Shown piece after piece: positions 1 through 8,748 of a DNA stretch of 53,866 bases (position 1 is its first letter; every line of letters begins with the position of its first letter). Location: assembly GCA_002400905.2 (NCBI GenBank), contig NVRQ02000113.1, forward strand, positions 1-53,866, given 5' to 3'. The DNA comes from Gammaproteobacteria bacterium. GTDB taxonomy: Bacteria; Pseudomonadota; Gammaproteobacteria; GCA-2400775. The position numbers were made by a program, and so were the translations under genes. Under the pieces are notes generated by a model. It was given only the letters and a program-made list of their open reading frames with translations. It ran no database searches and was not told the origin of the DNA.

Positions 1-201
1 GATCCACACATCCTCACCTTCAACCAACAAAGCGCGAACATTATTTTCGCCAACACGAAATGATGTTATTGCAGGACGTTCGATTTCAGATAACGGTGCA
101 AGGTCGTCGAGGTTGCGAGAACTAAGGCCAGACAAGAGAGATATCGCCGCAGCGACACAAACAACCCCTACAAATAACAAGACTGCGTGGCTTAATTTCA
201 T
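1..201 (-). CDS. Hypothetical exported protein, N-terminal 67 codons only (gene runs off the left edge of the window)
   Basis: Not in the supplied track. My own reading of the minus strand gives ATG at 201-199, open in frame to position 1. Translation is MKLSHAVLLFVGVVCVAAAISLLSGLSSRNLDDLAPLSEIERPAITSFRVGENNVRALLVEGEDVWI, with a hydrophobic signal-peptide-like N-terminus. No family recognised. Confidence 0.35.
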   Translation of the reverse strand, partial: MKLSHAVLLFVGVVCVAAAISLLSGLSSRNLDDLAPLSEIERPAITSFRVGENNVRALLVEGEDVWI

Positions 202-249
202 TTTGCCCTAGTACTCCAACAAGGCTATATTGATGGAGTACTAGTATCG

Positions 250-275
250 TGTTTTACTCTGCGGCAAGTAAAACA
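250..275 (-). terminator. Stem-loop about 22 nt downstream of the ccmI stop (possible ccm operon terminator)
   Basis: 9 bp perfect stem tgttttact (250-258) / agtaaaaca (267-275) with an 8 nt loop. No clear U-tract follows on the minus strand, so the terminator function is tentative. Confidence 0.3.
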
Positions 276-296
276 CTTAGCTTCCATTGATATCCA

Positions 297-1508
297 TTAA
301 GGAACGAGAGTATCTATCACCAACTGATTATCACTGCTGCCAACCTTAACGCCTTCAAGTGTGCCTTGCAGATCACCGCTGGCTGCGATGGCATCCCCCG
401 ACTTCGATGCCCGCGCGGTCAATATCACATCACTCACTGTCGATAAACGCATCGCCGGGATCATCGCCATGCTGTCATCTAAAGTAAATGTCAGCGGCAG
501 CTCAGCAACCGTTACACGCATAGCAGCCAATGGAACTTTAGGGCCTTCAGACGCCATTGCAAAAATAAAAACCACCGTGTCTGGGTTAAGCTTTTGTTTC
601 AACTCATCCGAGATTGAAATGGTGCCATCAACACGTCCCGGGTTTGGCGATAAACGCGTATTGTTAACATTCACCATCATGGCTTCTACCTGCTTGATGT
701 TATCGGACATCGTTCTTGCTGACTCCGAGTCTGCTTCCATCAGACCAAGCAAACGACGCCAAGGGACCAGCGCTGCTTCCAAGTCACCCGCTTCAAACGC
801 TGCCGTACCAAACAGCCACAAGGCTTTTTCGTTATTCGGGTCTAATTCAATGGCCTGGCGCAATAAACGCACTGGCTCACCTTGCATATTGCCTCCATTC
901 GCCATTGCGGTCGCATCACTTAGATCGGCAAAAAACTGTGAGTCAGGCGCTAAAAATTTCTCCGCTTCTCTAAACGCACCCACTGATTGGGGGAATTCAC
1001 CCAACATTAAATGCGCTCGCGCCAAGACTGTCCAGGTTTCACCGTCATCGGGGCTTTCGGTAACAGCCTTTCTTAAATCTTGAACAATCTCTTTGAGTTG
1101 GCCCTCAGTTTGAAACTGCAAACCCGTCGCAGTAACTTCATCTCCGTCATTCAGCGATAGGGGAGCGCCCAATTCAAAATAGAGAAAACCGGCAAACAGC
1201 GGTAAGAACAAAGCGATAAAAATAGCAGTAGTCGAACTACCTTCTATTGATTTAATTTTGTCATCGGGCGCAGCAACATCGTGCAACAAACCTGATTCAA
1301 TTTCTTGTTTAGCCTGCTCGAACTCGTGTTGATTAATAAGGCCGTTAACGAGATCATTGTCTAGCTCTTGCAACTGGTCACGATAAACCGTGACATTAAG
1401 ACCTTGGCGTGACACTTCATCTTTATCACGTGCTCGCAACAACGACGGCAATAATACTACTAGTGTCACCACGGTGATTACCGCGGCGACGATTCCAAAT
1501 ACGATCAT
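297..1508 (-). CDS. ccmI: Cytochrome c-type biogenesis protein CcmI (CycH), TPR-containing
   Basis: 403 aa ORF with an N-terminal TM helix and the RDQLQELDNDLVNGLI...FEQAKQEIE segment typical of CcmI. TPR-like C-terminal half. Start overlaps the ccmH stop (ATGA). Last gene of the ccm operon. Confidence 0.85.
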   Translation of the reverse strand: MIVFGIVAAVITVVTLVVLLPSLLRARDKDEVSRQGLNVTVYRDQLQELDNDLVNGLINQHEFEQAKQEIESGLLHDVAAPDDKIKSIEGSSTTAIFIALFLPLFAGFLYFELGAPLSLNDGDEVTATGLQFQTEGQLKEIVQDLRKAVTESPDDGETWTVLARAHLMLGEFPQSVGAFREAEKFLAPDSQFFADLSDATAMANGGNMQGEPVRLLRQAIELDPNNEKALWLFGTAAFEAGDLEAALVPWRRLLGLMEADSESARTMSDNIKQVEAMMVNVNNTRLSPNPGRVDGTISISDELKQKLNPDTVVFIFAMASEGPKVPLAAMRVTVAELPLTFTLDDSMAMIPAMRLSTVSDVILTARASKSGDAIAASGDLQGTLEGVKVGSSDNQLVIDTLVP

Positions 1509-1972
1509 TGCTTATGCTCTCCATCATCCAATAGTTCTTTTGCGCGACGATGGTCTTCTGCCGATATCTCAACAACATCTGCAGCGCGACGCTTTTTCAG
1601 AGCATTAAAAACCAAAATAAAACCTAGGATTAATAAAATAAAAGGCCCACCCCAAAGCAAATAATTTTGCGGCTTTAAAGGGGGGTTATACAAAATAAAA
1701 TCGCCAAATCGCTGAACGAAAAAATCTTCGATCTCTTGGTTGGTCATGCCGTCTTGCATCATTTCACGAATCTGTTGACGCAAATCAATTGCGAACGGAG
1801 CATGCGAACTGGCAAGCGATTCGTTCTGGCATTTCAAACAACGCATATCCGCAGCCATATCAATCATACGCTGCTCGATAACCGGATCTTCAGCCGTAGG
1901 AACAGCTTCTTTAGCCTGTATGCTAAACGACAAGCAAAAAAGCAAAGAAAATAATAATACCCAATTACGCAT
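1505..1972 (-). CDS. ccmH: Cytochrome c-type biogenesis protein CcmH (CycL)
   Basis: 155 aa with a signal peptide, the LRCxxCQ-type motif MRCLKCQNESL (CXXC) and a C-terminal TM helix. Positioned between ccmG and ccmI. Confidence 0.9.
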   Translation of the reverse strand: MRNWVLLFSLLFCLSFSIQAKEAVPTAEDPVIEQRMIDMAADMRCLKCQNESLASSHAPFAIDLRQQIREMMQDGMTNQEIEDFFVQRFGDFILYNPPLKPQNYLLWGGPFILLILGFILVFNALKKRRAADVVEISAEDHRRAKELLDDGEHKQ

Positions 1973-2538
1973 TAACCTTGGATCTCTTCAATTAACGGAG
2001 CAAAGTTTTTCACCCACACATCGCCTGTTATCGGCCCAACGTGCTTGTAGCGAATGATGCCTTCCTTATCTATAACGAAGGTTTCCGGTGCGCCATAAAC
2101 ACCGAAATCAATACCAACACGACCATTTTCATCATAACCGCTGGCGACATAAGGGTTGCCCAAAAGGGTCAAAAAGCGTTTAGCATTAAAGCGTTTATCC
2201 TGCCCTGGAGGGTCACCATCCTGAGGAACATCTTTGGTATTCAAACCATAAATAGGTATCGTGCCGCTTTTAGCGATTTCCAAAAATAATGGATGCTCAA
2301 CTCGACAAGCGCTACACCATGAGGCCCATACGTTCAATAAATAAGCTTGGCCTTTAAGGTCACTAGAAGACAAGATTTTATTCTCATCCATAACGGTTGC
2401 CAGACTAAACTCAGGCACCGGCTTACCAATTAAAGCAGAAGGAACAATGGTGACATTCTTTGCATTGATCAAACCGAATATGAGCAATGCCATTAGGCAA
2501 GCAAACGCAGCCAGCGGAATTAAATGTTTGGCTTTCAC
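1972..2538 (-). CDS. ccmG: Thiol:disulfide interchange protein CcmG/DsbE
   Basis: 188 aa with an N-terminal anchor and the thioredoxin-fold motif WASWCSACRVEHP. Overlaps the ccmF stop. Confidence 0.92.
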   Translation of the reverse strand: MKAKHLIPLAAFACLMALLIFGLINAKNVTIVPSALIGKPVPEFSLATVMDENKILSSSDLKGQAYLLNVWASWCSACRVEHPLFLEIAKSGTIPIYGLNTKDVPQDGDPPGQDKRFNAKRFLTLLGNPYVASGYDENGRVGIDFGVYGAPETFVIDKEGIIRYKHVGPITGDVWVKNFAPLIEEIQG

Positions 2539-4574
2539 GATTTAGACTCAAACGACATTGCGCCCTCTGTCGCCACACCGGCAGTCGTCGATGACGCTTT
2601 ATCTTTCTCAATAGCCTCTTTTTTAGAACGCACACGGTAACGACGATCACTGACAGCAAGGAAGCCGCCCAAGCCCATTAATGCTGCCCCGCCCCAAAGC
2701 CATACAATAAATGGCTTGTAATAAACACGCACGCTCCAGGCGCCACCGCTTACTGGCTCACCCAACGATACATATAAATCACGTAACAGGTTGGTATGAA
2801 TAGCAGCCTCAGTCATAGGCATAGTTTGAACCGTATAAACGCGTTTTTCTGGGTGCAATTCACGAACAGGTTCACCCTCATCATTCAACACCTGAATAAT
2901 GCCGCGCTTAGCGACATAGTTTGGCCCTTGCACATCCACTACACCATCAAAACGGAAGGTATAACCGCGCGCATCAACGGTGTCACCTATGTCCATACGT
3001 ACGTCTCGCTCAACTTCGTAATAAGTCACCATGGTTACACCAACAATCGATGCAGCAAAACCTATATGGGCAACCTGTTGCCCCCAGTAAGATCGACCTA
3101 AGGCAGCAACACGCTTAACTAACGAGCCTTCAAAGCTGCGTTTAGCCAAGCGGCCCCAGATACCAAAAGCAGCCGTCGAAAATATCCAAAACGACAATAG
3201 CAACCCAAAGCTAGCACCTAATGAAAAGCCATCCAAGGTAAACGGTAAGAACAAGGCCACAACAAAACTGACGAGCGCTGCAATCTTAACGCGCTGCGCC
3301 AACTCTATCGCAGAGTCTCTTTTCCAACGCATCAACGGTCCCAAGCCCATAACCACAACAGCAGCCGCCATCAACGGAACAAATATCGCATTAAAAAATG
3401 GTGGCCCTACAGACACTTTGTAACCAAAGGCGTCGCCAATCAATGGATACAAGGTACCTAAAAGAATTGCCAACGCAGCGACAACCATCACAATGTTGTT
3501 GGCTAACAAACTCGTTTCGCGTGAGACGGCGTCAAACTTTCCGCCCATGCCCACTGAGCCAGCACGCCATGCATACAATAATAAAGAAGAGGTAACGACA
3601 ACACCAAGGAAGCTGACCACATAAATACCACGAGTCGGATCAGTGGCAAAGGCATGCACTGACACTAAGACACCAGAGCGTACCAGGAAGGTACCTAGCA
3701 AGCTGAGCGAGAAAGCAAAAATGGCTAATAAAATCGTCCAGCTTTTGAAGCTACCCCGCTTCTCCGAAACCGCAAGCGAATGAATCAAGGCCGTACCCAC
3801 TAACCACGGCATAAAGGAGGCATTTTCTACTGGGTCCCAAAACCACCAACCGCCCCAGCCTAACTCGTAATAGGCCCACCAACTGCCCAAAGCGATACCT
3901 ACAGTCAAGAATGCCCAAGCAATAGTTGTCCAGGGACGCGACCAACGCACCCACGTGACATCTAAGCGACCACTGATTAATGCTGAGATTGCAAAAGCAA
4001 AGGCTACTGAAAAACCAACATAGCCCATATAAAGCATTGGCGGATGAATAATTAAACCAAAATCCTGTAACAAGGGATTGAGGTCTCGGCCTTCAATTGC
4101 TGCGGGAAACAAACGCTCAAACGGGTTGGAGGTAAACAGAATAAACATTAAAAAACCAACAGACAGTAGTCCTAGCACACCCAGGACACGAGCAACCATC
4201 TCATCGGGTAATTGACGACTCCAGATTGATACGGCCAAGGTCCAACCCGACAACATCAGCATCCACAATAGTAAGGAGCCTTCATGTCCACCCCAAACCG
4301 CCGCAAATTTAAATTCCGTTGGCATCAGGGAATTAGAATGTTCAGCGACATAGCGAATGGAGAAGTCATCGGTGACAAAACCCCACGCCAAACAAACAAA
4401 AGCGATGAAAACTAAACCAAATTGGGCTCTAGCCGATGGTCGGGCAAAAGCAATCCAAGCCGCTTTTCCTTGCTGCGCGCCCACCAAGGAAATATAACCT
4501 TGCGCCAAGGCAATACCCAAAGCGAGTATCAATGAATAGTGACCAATCTCAGGGAGTAAACTCTCTGCACTCAT
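2535..4574 (-). CDS. ccmF: Cytochrome c heme lyase subunit CcmF
   Basis: 679 aa polytopic membrane protein with the WWD motif WGGWWFWDPVENASFMPW. Confidence 0.95.
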   Translation of the reverse strand: MSAESLLPEIGHYSLILALGIALAQGYISLVGAQQGKAAWIAFARPSARAQFGLVFIAFVCLAWGFVTDDFSIRYVAEHSNSLMPTEFKFAAVWGGHEGSLLLWMLMLSGWTLAVSIWSRQLPDEMVARVLGVLGLLSVGFLMFILFTSNPFERLFPAAIEGRDLNPLLQDFGLIIHPPMLYMGYVGFSVAFAFAISALISGRLDVTWVRWSRPWTTIAWAFLTVGIALGSWWAYYELGWGGWWFWDPVENASFMPWLVGTALIHSLAVSEKRGSFKSWTILLAIFAFSLSLLGTFLVRSGVLVSVHAFATDPTRGIYVVSFLGVVVTSSLLLYAWRAGSVGMGGKFDAVSRETSLLANNIVMVVAALAILLGTLYPLIGDAFGYKVSVGPPFFNAIFVPLMAAAVVVMGLGPLMRWKRDSAIELAQRVKIAALVSFVVALFLPFTLDGFSLGASFGLLLSFWIFSTAAFGIWGRLAKRSFEGSLVKRVAALGRSYWGQQVAHIGFAASIVGVTMVTYYEVERDVRMDIGDTVDARGYTFRFDGVVDVQGPNYVAKRGIIQVLNDEGEPVRELHPEKRVYTVQTMPMTEAAIHTNLLRDLYVSLGEPVSGGAWSVRVYYKPFIVWLWGGAALMGLGGFLAVSDRRYRVRSKKEAIEKDKASSTTAGVATEGAMSFESKS

Positions 4575-4634
4575 AGGAACCCCTTAAATTATTGTTGTTC
4601 GCGAGCCAAAATGACTAAAGAAAACCTTGCGCGA

Positions 4635-5090
4635 TTACTGAACTAAACTCGAGCTAGCAGGCATCTCGCCTTTGGCCAATTCTAAGGCCTCGGCAACTTC
4701 TGGTGCCATATAGGTTTCGTCATGTTTCGCCAACACTTCTGATGCGGTAAAGTGACCACTGCCATCGAGCTTACCCTGGGCGACCACACCCTGACCTTCA
4801 GTGAACAAGTCCGGCAAAATACCCGTATAAGTGACCGGCACGCGCTGAGCGGTATCGGTAACATAAAAATGTACTGTCAGGCCGTCGTCTTCGCGACGTA
4901 AACTGCCCTCTTCAACCAAACCACCGAGGCGAAATGAGCGGCCTTCTGGTGCCTCATTTGCTGCGATTTGTGACGGACTAAAGAAAAATACTAAATTACC
5001 CTGAAAAGCATTTAATACTAGCGCTATAACAATACCAAGCCCAGCAAGACCGCCGAGGATAATTGTCATTCGCTTTTGTCTAGGTTTCAT
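4635..5090 (-). CDS. ccmE: Heme chaperone CcmE
   Basis: 151 aa with an N-terminal anchor, an OB-fold region and the heme-binding HxxxY motif ([13 protein letters not shown]). Confidence 0.95.
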   Translation of the reverse strand: MKPRQKRMTIILGGLAGLGIVIALVLNAFQGNLVFFFSPSQIAANEAPEGRSFRLGGLVEEGSLRREDDGLTVHFYVTDTAQRVPVTYTGILPDLFTEGQGVVAQGKLDGSGHFTASEVLAKHDETYMAPEVAEALELAKGEMPASSSLVQ

Positions 5091-5253
5091 TATTGTCTCC
5101 AGAATTCATTCGCTTAATACGACTCAGACGCTGCCAAATGGTTCGTCGACGTCGCCCCAGAAGAACCAACTCCGCCACTATAAATATAAAAAACACAGCG
5201 TAAGAACCCCAAACAAACCAAGTGTGCTTACCCATATCAAACAATTCAGCCAT
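5080..5253 (-). CDS. ccmD: Heme exporter protein CcmD (57 aa; absent from the ORF track because it is under 60 aa)
   Basis: Hand translation of the minus strand gives [57 protein letters not shown]. It has a single TM helix followed by a basic tail. It starts 4 nt after the ccmC stop and its stop overlaps the ccmE start, which is the canonical position between ccmC and ccmE. Confidence 0.85.
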   Translation of the reverse strand: MAELFDMGKHTWFVWGSYAVFFIFIVAELVLLGRRRRTIWQRLSRIKRMNSGDNNET

Positions 5254-5256
5254 TCT

Positions 5257-5994
5257 CTATTTCGCCTCGGTACTAAGTTCTGCCACCCAAGCAGCATGAC
5301 GTTCACGATCCAGAATCTCACAGCGCACGCGCTTTAAGGTCACTGCAATAGAATAGAGCCACGCGGCTATCGCCATAATCAACATTACCGAAGCCATTGA
5401 TGCGGCCATCTCTGACTTGGTCGGGGTGATCGATGCACCCTGGTGCAGGGTATTCCACCATTGCACAGAAAAATAGATAATGGGGACATTAAATGCACCG
5501 ACAACAGCCAATAAGCCACTCGCACGCGCCGCACGACGCGGGTCTTCTATCGCCGCATGCAAGGCCATATAACCAAAATACATAAACAGTAAAATTAACT
5601 GTGTCGTCAGACGCGCATCCCAAACCCAGTAAGTACCCCAGGTCGGCTTACCCCACAGCGCGCCGGTCCACAGAGCCAAAAAGCAAAAAATCGCTCCGGT
5701 TGGTGCTAGCGCTGTCGCCATCATCGACGATAAACGTGAATTCCAAACCATGCCAATGATAGCCCAAAAAGCCATCGCCAGATAAATCACCATCGACATC
5801 CAGGCTGCAGGCACGTGGATAAAAATAATACGGTAGGACTCACCTTGCTTAAAATCAGGCGGCAAAATAAACAACCCCATAATCAGGCCAATGACGGCCA
5901 GTATTACAGCGGGGACAGCAAACCAAGGAATCATCTTACCAGCCAAAGGATAAAAGCTAGCCGGTGAGGCATATTTAAACCAATTTATATTCAT
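5257..5994 (-). CDS. ccmC: Heme exporter protein CcmC
   Basis: 245 aa membrane protein with the WWD motif WGKPTWGTYWVWDARL. Confidence 0.95.
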   Translation of the reverse strand: MNINWFKYASPASFYPLAGKMIPWFAVPAVILAVIGLIMGLFILPPDFKQGESYRIIFIHVPAAWMSMVIYLAMAFWAIIGMVWNSRLSSMMATALAPTGAIFCFLALWTGALWGKPTWGTYWVWDARLTTQLILLFMYFGYMALHAAIEDPRRAARASGLLAVVGAFNVPIIYFSVQWWNTLHQGASITPTKSEMAASMASVMLIMAIAAWLYSIAVTLKRVRCEILDRERHAAWVAELSTEAK

Positions 5995-6016
5995 AATAGG
6001 GCCTACTCCGAACCCA

Positions 6017-6685
6017 TCATTCTATCGAAATTCGTAGTGCAGATGCTACGGCCCAGGGTGTTAAAATCAATGCTGATACTAACATTGCGCCTAACAATGA
6101 AAAATGGCCTTCAATCACCAGCCCAGCGGCCGCATCGTCCACCGCAGCAGCACCAAAAATCAATACCGGCACAAACAAGGGTAAAACCAATAAAGAAATC
6201 AACACGCCACCACCGCGTAAACCCAAGGTCAATGCGGCGCCAACCGCCCCTAACAGACTTAAAATAGGGGTTCCGATCAATAAGGTTGCAACGAGAACCA
6301 GCCCATCTTGCACTTCTAAACCATATTGCAAAGCCAATAATGGCGAAATTAAGACCAGTGGCAAACCTGTGGTCAACCAATGGGCAACAACCTTGGCAAA
6401 AACGATCAATGCTAGCGGGTGCCGAGAAATTATCATTTGCTCTAGCGTGCCATCGATATAATCCGCACTAAACAAACGTTCGAGCGACAATAGTGACGCT
6501 AACAAAGCAGCCACCCAAATAATGCCTGCGCCCATCGTCTTTAATAGCGCCGGCTCTGGGCCTACCGCTAAGGGAAACATACTCGCGACTATGACGCAGA
6601 AAAACAGTGTCATCAGGACATCAGCCTTACGTCTTAGCCCTAAGGTCAGTTCGCGAGCAAGAATGGTATGAAAGATAGCTAACAT
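6017..6685 (-). CDS. ccmB: Heme exporter permease CcmB
   Basis: 222 aa polytopic membrane protein located between ccmA and ccmC. Confidence 0.92.
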   Translation of the reverse strand: MLAIFHTILARELTLGLRRKADVLMTLFFCVIVASMFPLAVGPEPALLKTMGAGIIWVAALLASLLSLERLFSADYIDGTLEQMIISRHPLALIVFAKVVAHWLTTGLPLVLISPLLALQYGLEVQDGLVLVATLLIGTPILSLLGAVGAALTLGLRGGGVLISLLVLPLFVPVLIFGAAAVDDAAAGLVIEGHFSLLGAMLVSALILTPWAVASALRISIE

Positions 6686-6690
6686 CGTTG

Positions 6691-7311
6691 TCAGACCTGG
6701 CCCAGCGTAATCTCGCTGACACGCTCAGTCGACAAGGGCACATCCTGGTGAGTCGTCAATAGCGCCATACCCCCTCTCTCCAAATGCACCTCTATCAAAC
6801 CAGCAAGCAAGCCCACTGCTTTGACATCAAGCGCATTAAACGGCTCGTCGAGCACCCACAATTTAGCTTGGCTCATTAGTAAGCGACAAAGCCCGACACG
6901 ACGGTGCTGCCCCTGAGACAGCTGCTTGGCAAATACCTCTTCAAAACCGCTCAAACCGAGTTTCTCAAGTGCGGCCATCATAGACGCCTCACTGATCTCG
7001 GCGCCAAGTAATTCGTTATCTATACGTAGGTTTTCGATACAAGATAGATCACCTTTAACCCCATCTAAATGACCAAGATAGAGCAAATCGCCATGATAAT
7101 CTTCGCGCTGCTGCTGAGTCGGTTTTCCCTGCCAAAGCACATCACCCGCGGTTGGCAGCAATAGTCCGGCAATAATACGCAACAAACTCGTCTTACCCGC
7201 GCCATTAGCTCCGCGCACATGCAGCAACTGGCCTGGCTTAAGTGTAAAACTTAAGCCATTGAGCAATTGTCTATCGCCCCGCTCACAGAACAGGCCGCTG
7301 ACTTGCAACAT
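6691..7311 (-). CDS. ccmA: Cytochrome c biogenesis ABC ATPase CcmA
   Basis: 206 aa with Walker A GANGAGKTS, signature LSQGQ and Walker B LWVLDEP. First gene of the ccm operon. Confidence 0.93.
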   Translation of the reverse strand: MLQVSGLFCERGDRQLLNGLSFTLKPGQLLHVRGANGAGKTSLLRIIAGLLLPTAGDVLWQGKPTQQQREDYHGDLLYLGHLDGVKGDLSCIENLRIDNELLGAEISEASMMAALEKLGLSGFEEVFAKQLSQGQHRRVGLCRLLMSQAKLWVLDEPFNALDVKAVGLLAGLIEVHLERGGMALLTTHQDVPLSTERVSEITLGQV

Positions 7312-7443
7312 AGCGTGTTACCAGCAACTAAAAGGGGGCGAATTATACCTGATGACAGTGCTGAAAGCCTCTGCCAGATGACGAACGCTGTAATTTAGCT
7401 ATTTATACTCACCCGAGAGCGGACTACTATTTTGATACTTTTT

Positions 7444-7697
7444 AAGGAACCTCTGATTTATTCTGGACAAAGTAGAGGGTGATCTACAATATTCAGACTC
7501 AAGATGTGAATCGCAGGCTATTACCTGCGCCCTGAGTGATCGGCGATAGCCCATCACGAGGAAGTACTCTTGGGGTGCGCCCTGGGTGATTGGCGATAGC
7601 CCATCATGAGGAAGCCCCCTTGGGGTGCGGTTTGCGCCTCGACCTGAAAGATTTTATCTCATCATCCATTCAGCCCGGAATTAATCACAGGCTCCTA
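7444..7697. repeat. MITE-like element, family 1, copy a (254 bp, composite, with a nested tandem duplication)
   Basis: Termini are AAGGAACCTCTGATTTATTC ... GAATTAATCACAGGCTCCT (an imperfect inverted repeat). The right half (tttgcgcctcgacctgaaagattttatctcatcatccattcagccc) matches the reverse complement of 44205-44252 in copy d. No ORF. Confidence 0.8.
7527..7626. repeat. 2 x 50 bp direct tandem repeat nested inside MITE-1a
   Basis: Unit 1 is 7527-7576 (gcgccctgagtgatcggcgatagcccatcacgaggaagtactcttggggt). Unit 2 is 7577-7626 (gcgccctgggtgattggcgatagcccatcatgaggaagcccccttggggt). The block is absent at the equivalent point of copy d (ggctattacctgcg|atttgcgcc). Confidence 0.9.
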
Positions 7698-7744
7698 GCT
7701 TGGCGGAGTCAGAGTCCGCAGCCCTACCGCTAGACGATATCCCA
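7694..7744 (-). pseudogene. tRNA-Gln(CUG) 5' fragment (positions 1 to about 52), truncated at the MITE-1a boundary
   Basis: The minus strand reads TGGGATATCGTCTAGCGGTAGGGCTGCGGACTCTGACTCCGCCAAGCTAGG. It aligns base for base with the E. coli tRNA-Gln layout: acceptor 5' strand, D-arm AGCGGTA, a perfect 5 bp anticodon stem GCGGA/TCCGC, and loop CUCUGAC with U33, anticodon CUG and A37. There is no T-loop (TTCGAAT), 3' acceptor strand or CCA, because the sequence runs into the MITE terminus. Confidence 0.7.
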
Positions 7745-7745
7745 A

Positions 7746-7778
7746 TGTAAAAAGGCACCCCTGAAACAGGGGTGCCTT
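7746..7778 (-). terminator. Rho-independent terminator of rplM-rpsI
   Basis: 12 bp perfect stem aaggcacccctg (7752-7763) / caggggtgcctt (7767-7778) with a 3 nt loop, followed on the minus strand by TTTTT (7751-7747). It lies 25 nt after the rpsI stop. Confidence 0.9.
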
Positions 7779-7803
7779 AGAACTCGAAGACCAGAGCGTA
7801 AAA

Positions 7804-8196
7804 TTAACGCTTGGAAAACTGTGGTTTTTTGCGTGCTTTACGTAGACCGACTTTCTTACGCTCTACTTTACGTGCATCGCGAGTAATAAAACCAGCTTTG
7901 CGCAAGGGCGAATAAAAGGTCTCATCATATTGGGCTAACGCACGAGCGATACCGTGGCGAATCGCGCCAGCCTGACCACTACCACCACCGCCTTTGACAC
8001 AGACATTAACATCTAGGCTGTCAACAAGATTAACCGTTTGCAATGGCTGTCGCACAATCATACGTGCTGTTTGACGACCAAAATATATATCCAATGGTTT
8101 CTTATTAACCGTAATCTCGCCCTTACCAGGCTTGATTGAAACACGCGCACTAGAGGTCTTGCGGCGTCCGGTAAAAAACTGGGTCTGCTCTGCCAT
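7804..8196 (-). CDS. rpsI: 30S ribosomal protein S9
   Basis: 130 aa ending in the typical [12 protein letters not shown]. Confidence 0.97.
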   Translation of the reverse strand: MAEQTQFFTGRRKTSSARVSIKPGKGEITVNKKPLDIYFGRQTARMIVRQPLQTVNLVDSLDVNVCVKGGGGSGQAGAIRHGIARALAQYDETFYSPLRKAGFITRDARKVERKKVGLRKARKKPQFSKR

Positions 8197-8224
8197 GTTT
8201 AATGTCTCTGCTTAAATTCTTTAA

Positions 8225-8653
8225 TTATATTTCGAGGGGTAAAGGCTGCTGCGCACTATGCTGATGCACTGGGCCTGCGTAGACCTTAAGCTTCTTCATC
8301 ATGGCACGGCCCAATGGGTTACGTGGCAACATACCTTTCACAGCTTTAATAATGATCTGTTCCGGCGCTTTTTGCTGCAAATCAGAAAAGTTGATCGTCT
8401 TAAGGCTACCAATAAAACCGGTGTGATGGTGATAAAGCTTGTTCTGAGCCTTTTTACCGGTCACTTCAACCTTTTCAGCATTAACCACGACAATATAGTC
8501 GCCAGTATCCACATGCGGGGTAAATTCGGCTTTGTGCTTGCCGCGTAGACGACGAGCAATCTCAGTAGCCATACGGCCTAGAGTCTTGCCACTGGCGTCG
8601 ATGACGAACCAATCACGCGTTACGGTCTCTGCTTTTGCGCTAAACGTTTTCAT
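8225..8653 (-). CDS. rplM: 50S ribosomal protein L13
   Basis: The ORF track gives 8225-8674. I place the start at the internal ATG (8653) because [20 protein letters not shown] matches the conserved L13 N-terminus (E. coli [20 protein letters not shown]). Confidence 0.95.
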   Translation of the reverse strand: MKTFSAKAETVTRDWFVIDASGKTLGRMATEIARRLRGKHKAEFTPHVDTGDYIVVVNAEKVEVTGKKAQNKLYHHHTGFIGSLKTINFSDLQQKAPEQIIIKAVKGMLPRNPLGRAMMKKLKVYAGPVHQHSAQQPLPLEI

Positions 8654-8748
8654 TAACTTTATCCGAGGGGACATCCAAAAAAAGGGTGACGAATGTTATC
8701 GTAGATAAGACCTGATTACAAGAGCTTATCAGCGATCCCCTAATATAT

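Noticed and set aside
361-1083. A 240 aa plus-strand ORF antisense to ccmI. Many similar 60-150 aa antisense ORFs run throughout the track (for example 19887-20333, 21361-21729, 29518-29877, 38765-39091 and 46079-46495).
   Set aside because: All lie entirely inside well-supported conserved genes on the opposite strand. Their composition is low-complexity and rich in Ser, Pro, Arg and Thr, as is typical of antisense frames. None has a recognisable motif.
7312-7803. A tRNA fragment plus repeats as the boundary of an integrated genomic island or prophage.
   Set aside because: There is no integrase, phage or transposase gene nearby. It is the 5' part of the tRNA that survives, not a duplicated 3' att-like end. 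Both flanks are core operons (ccm and rplM-rpsI).
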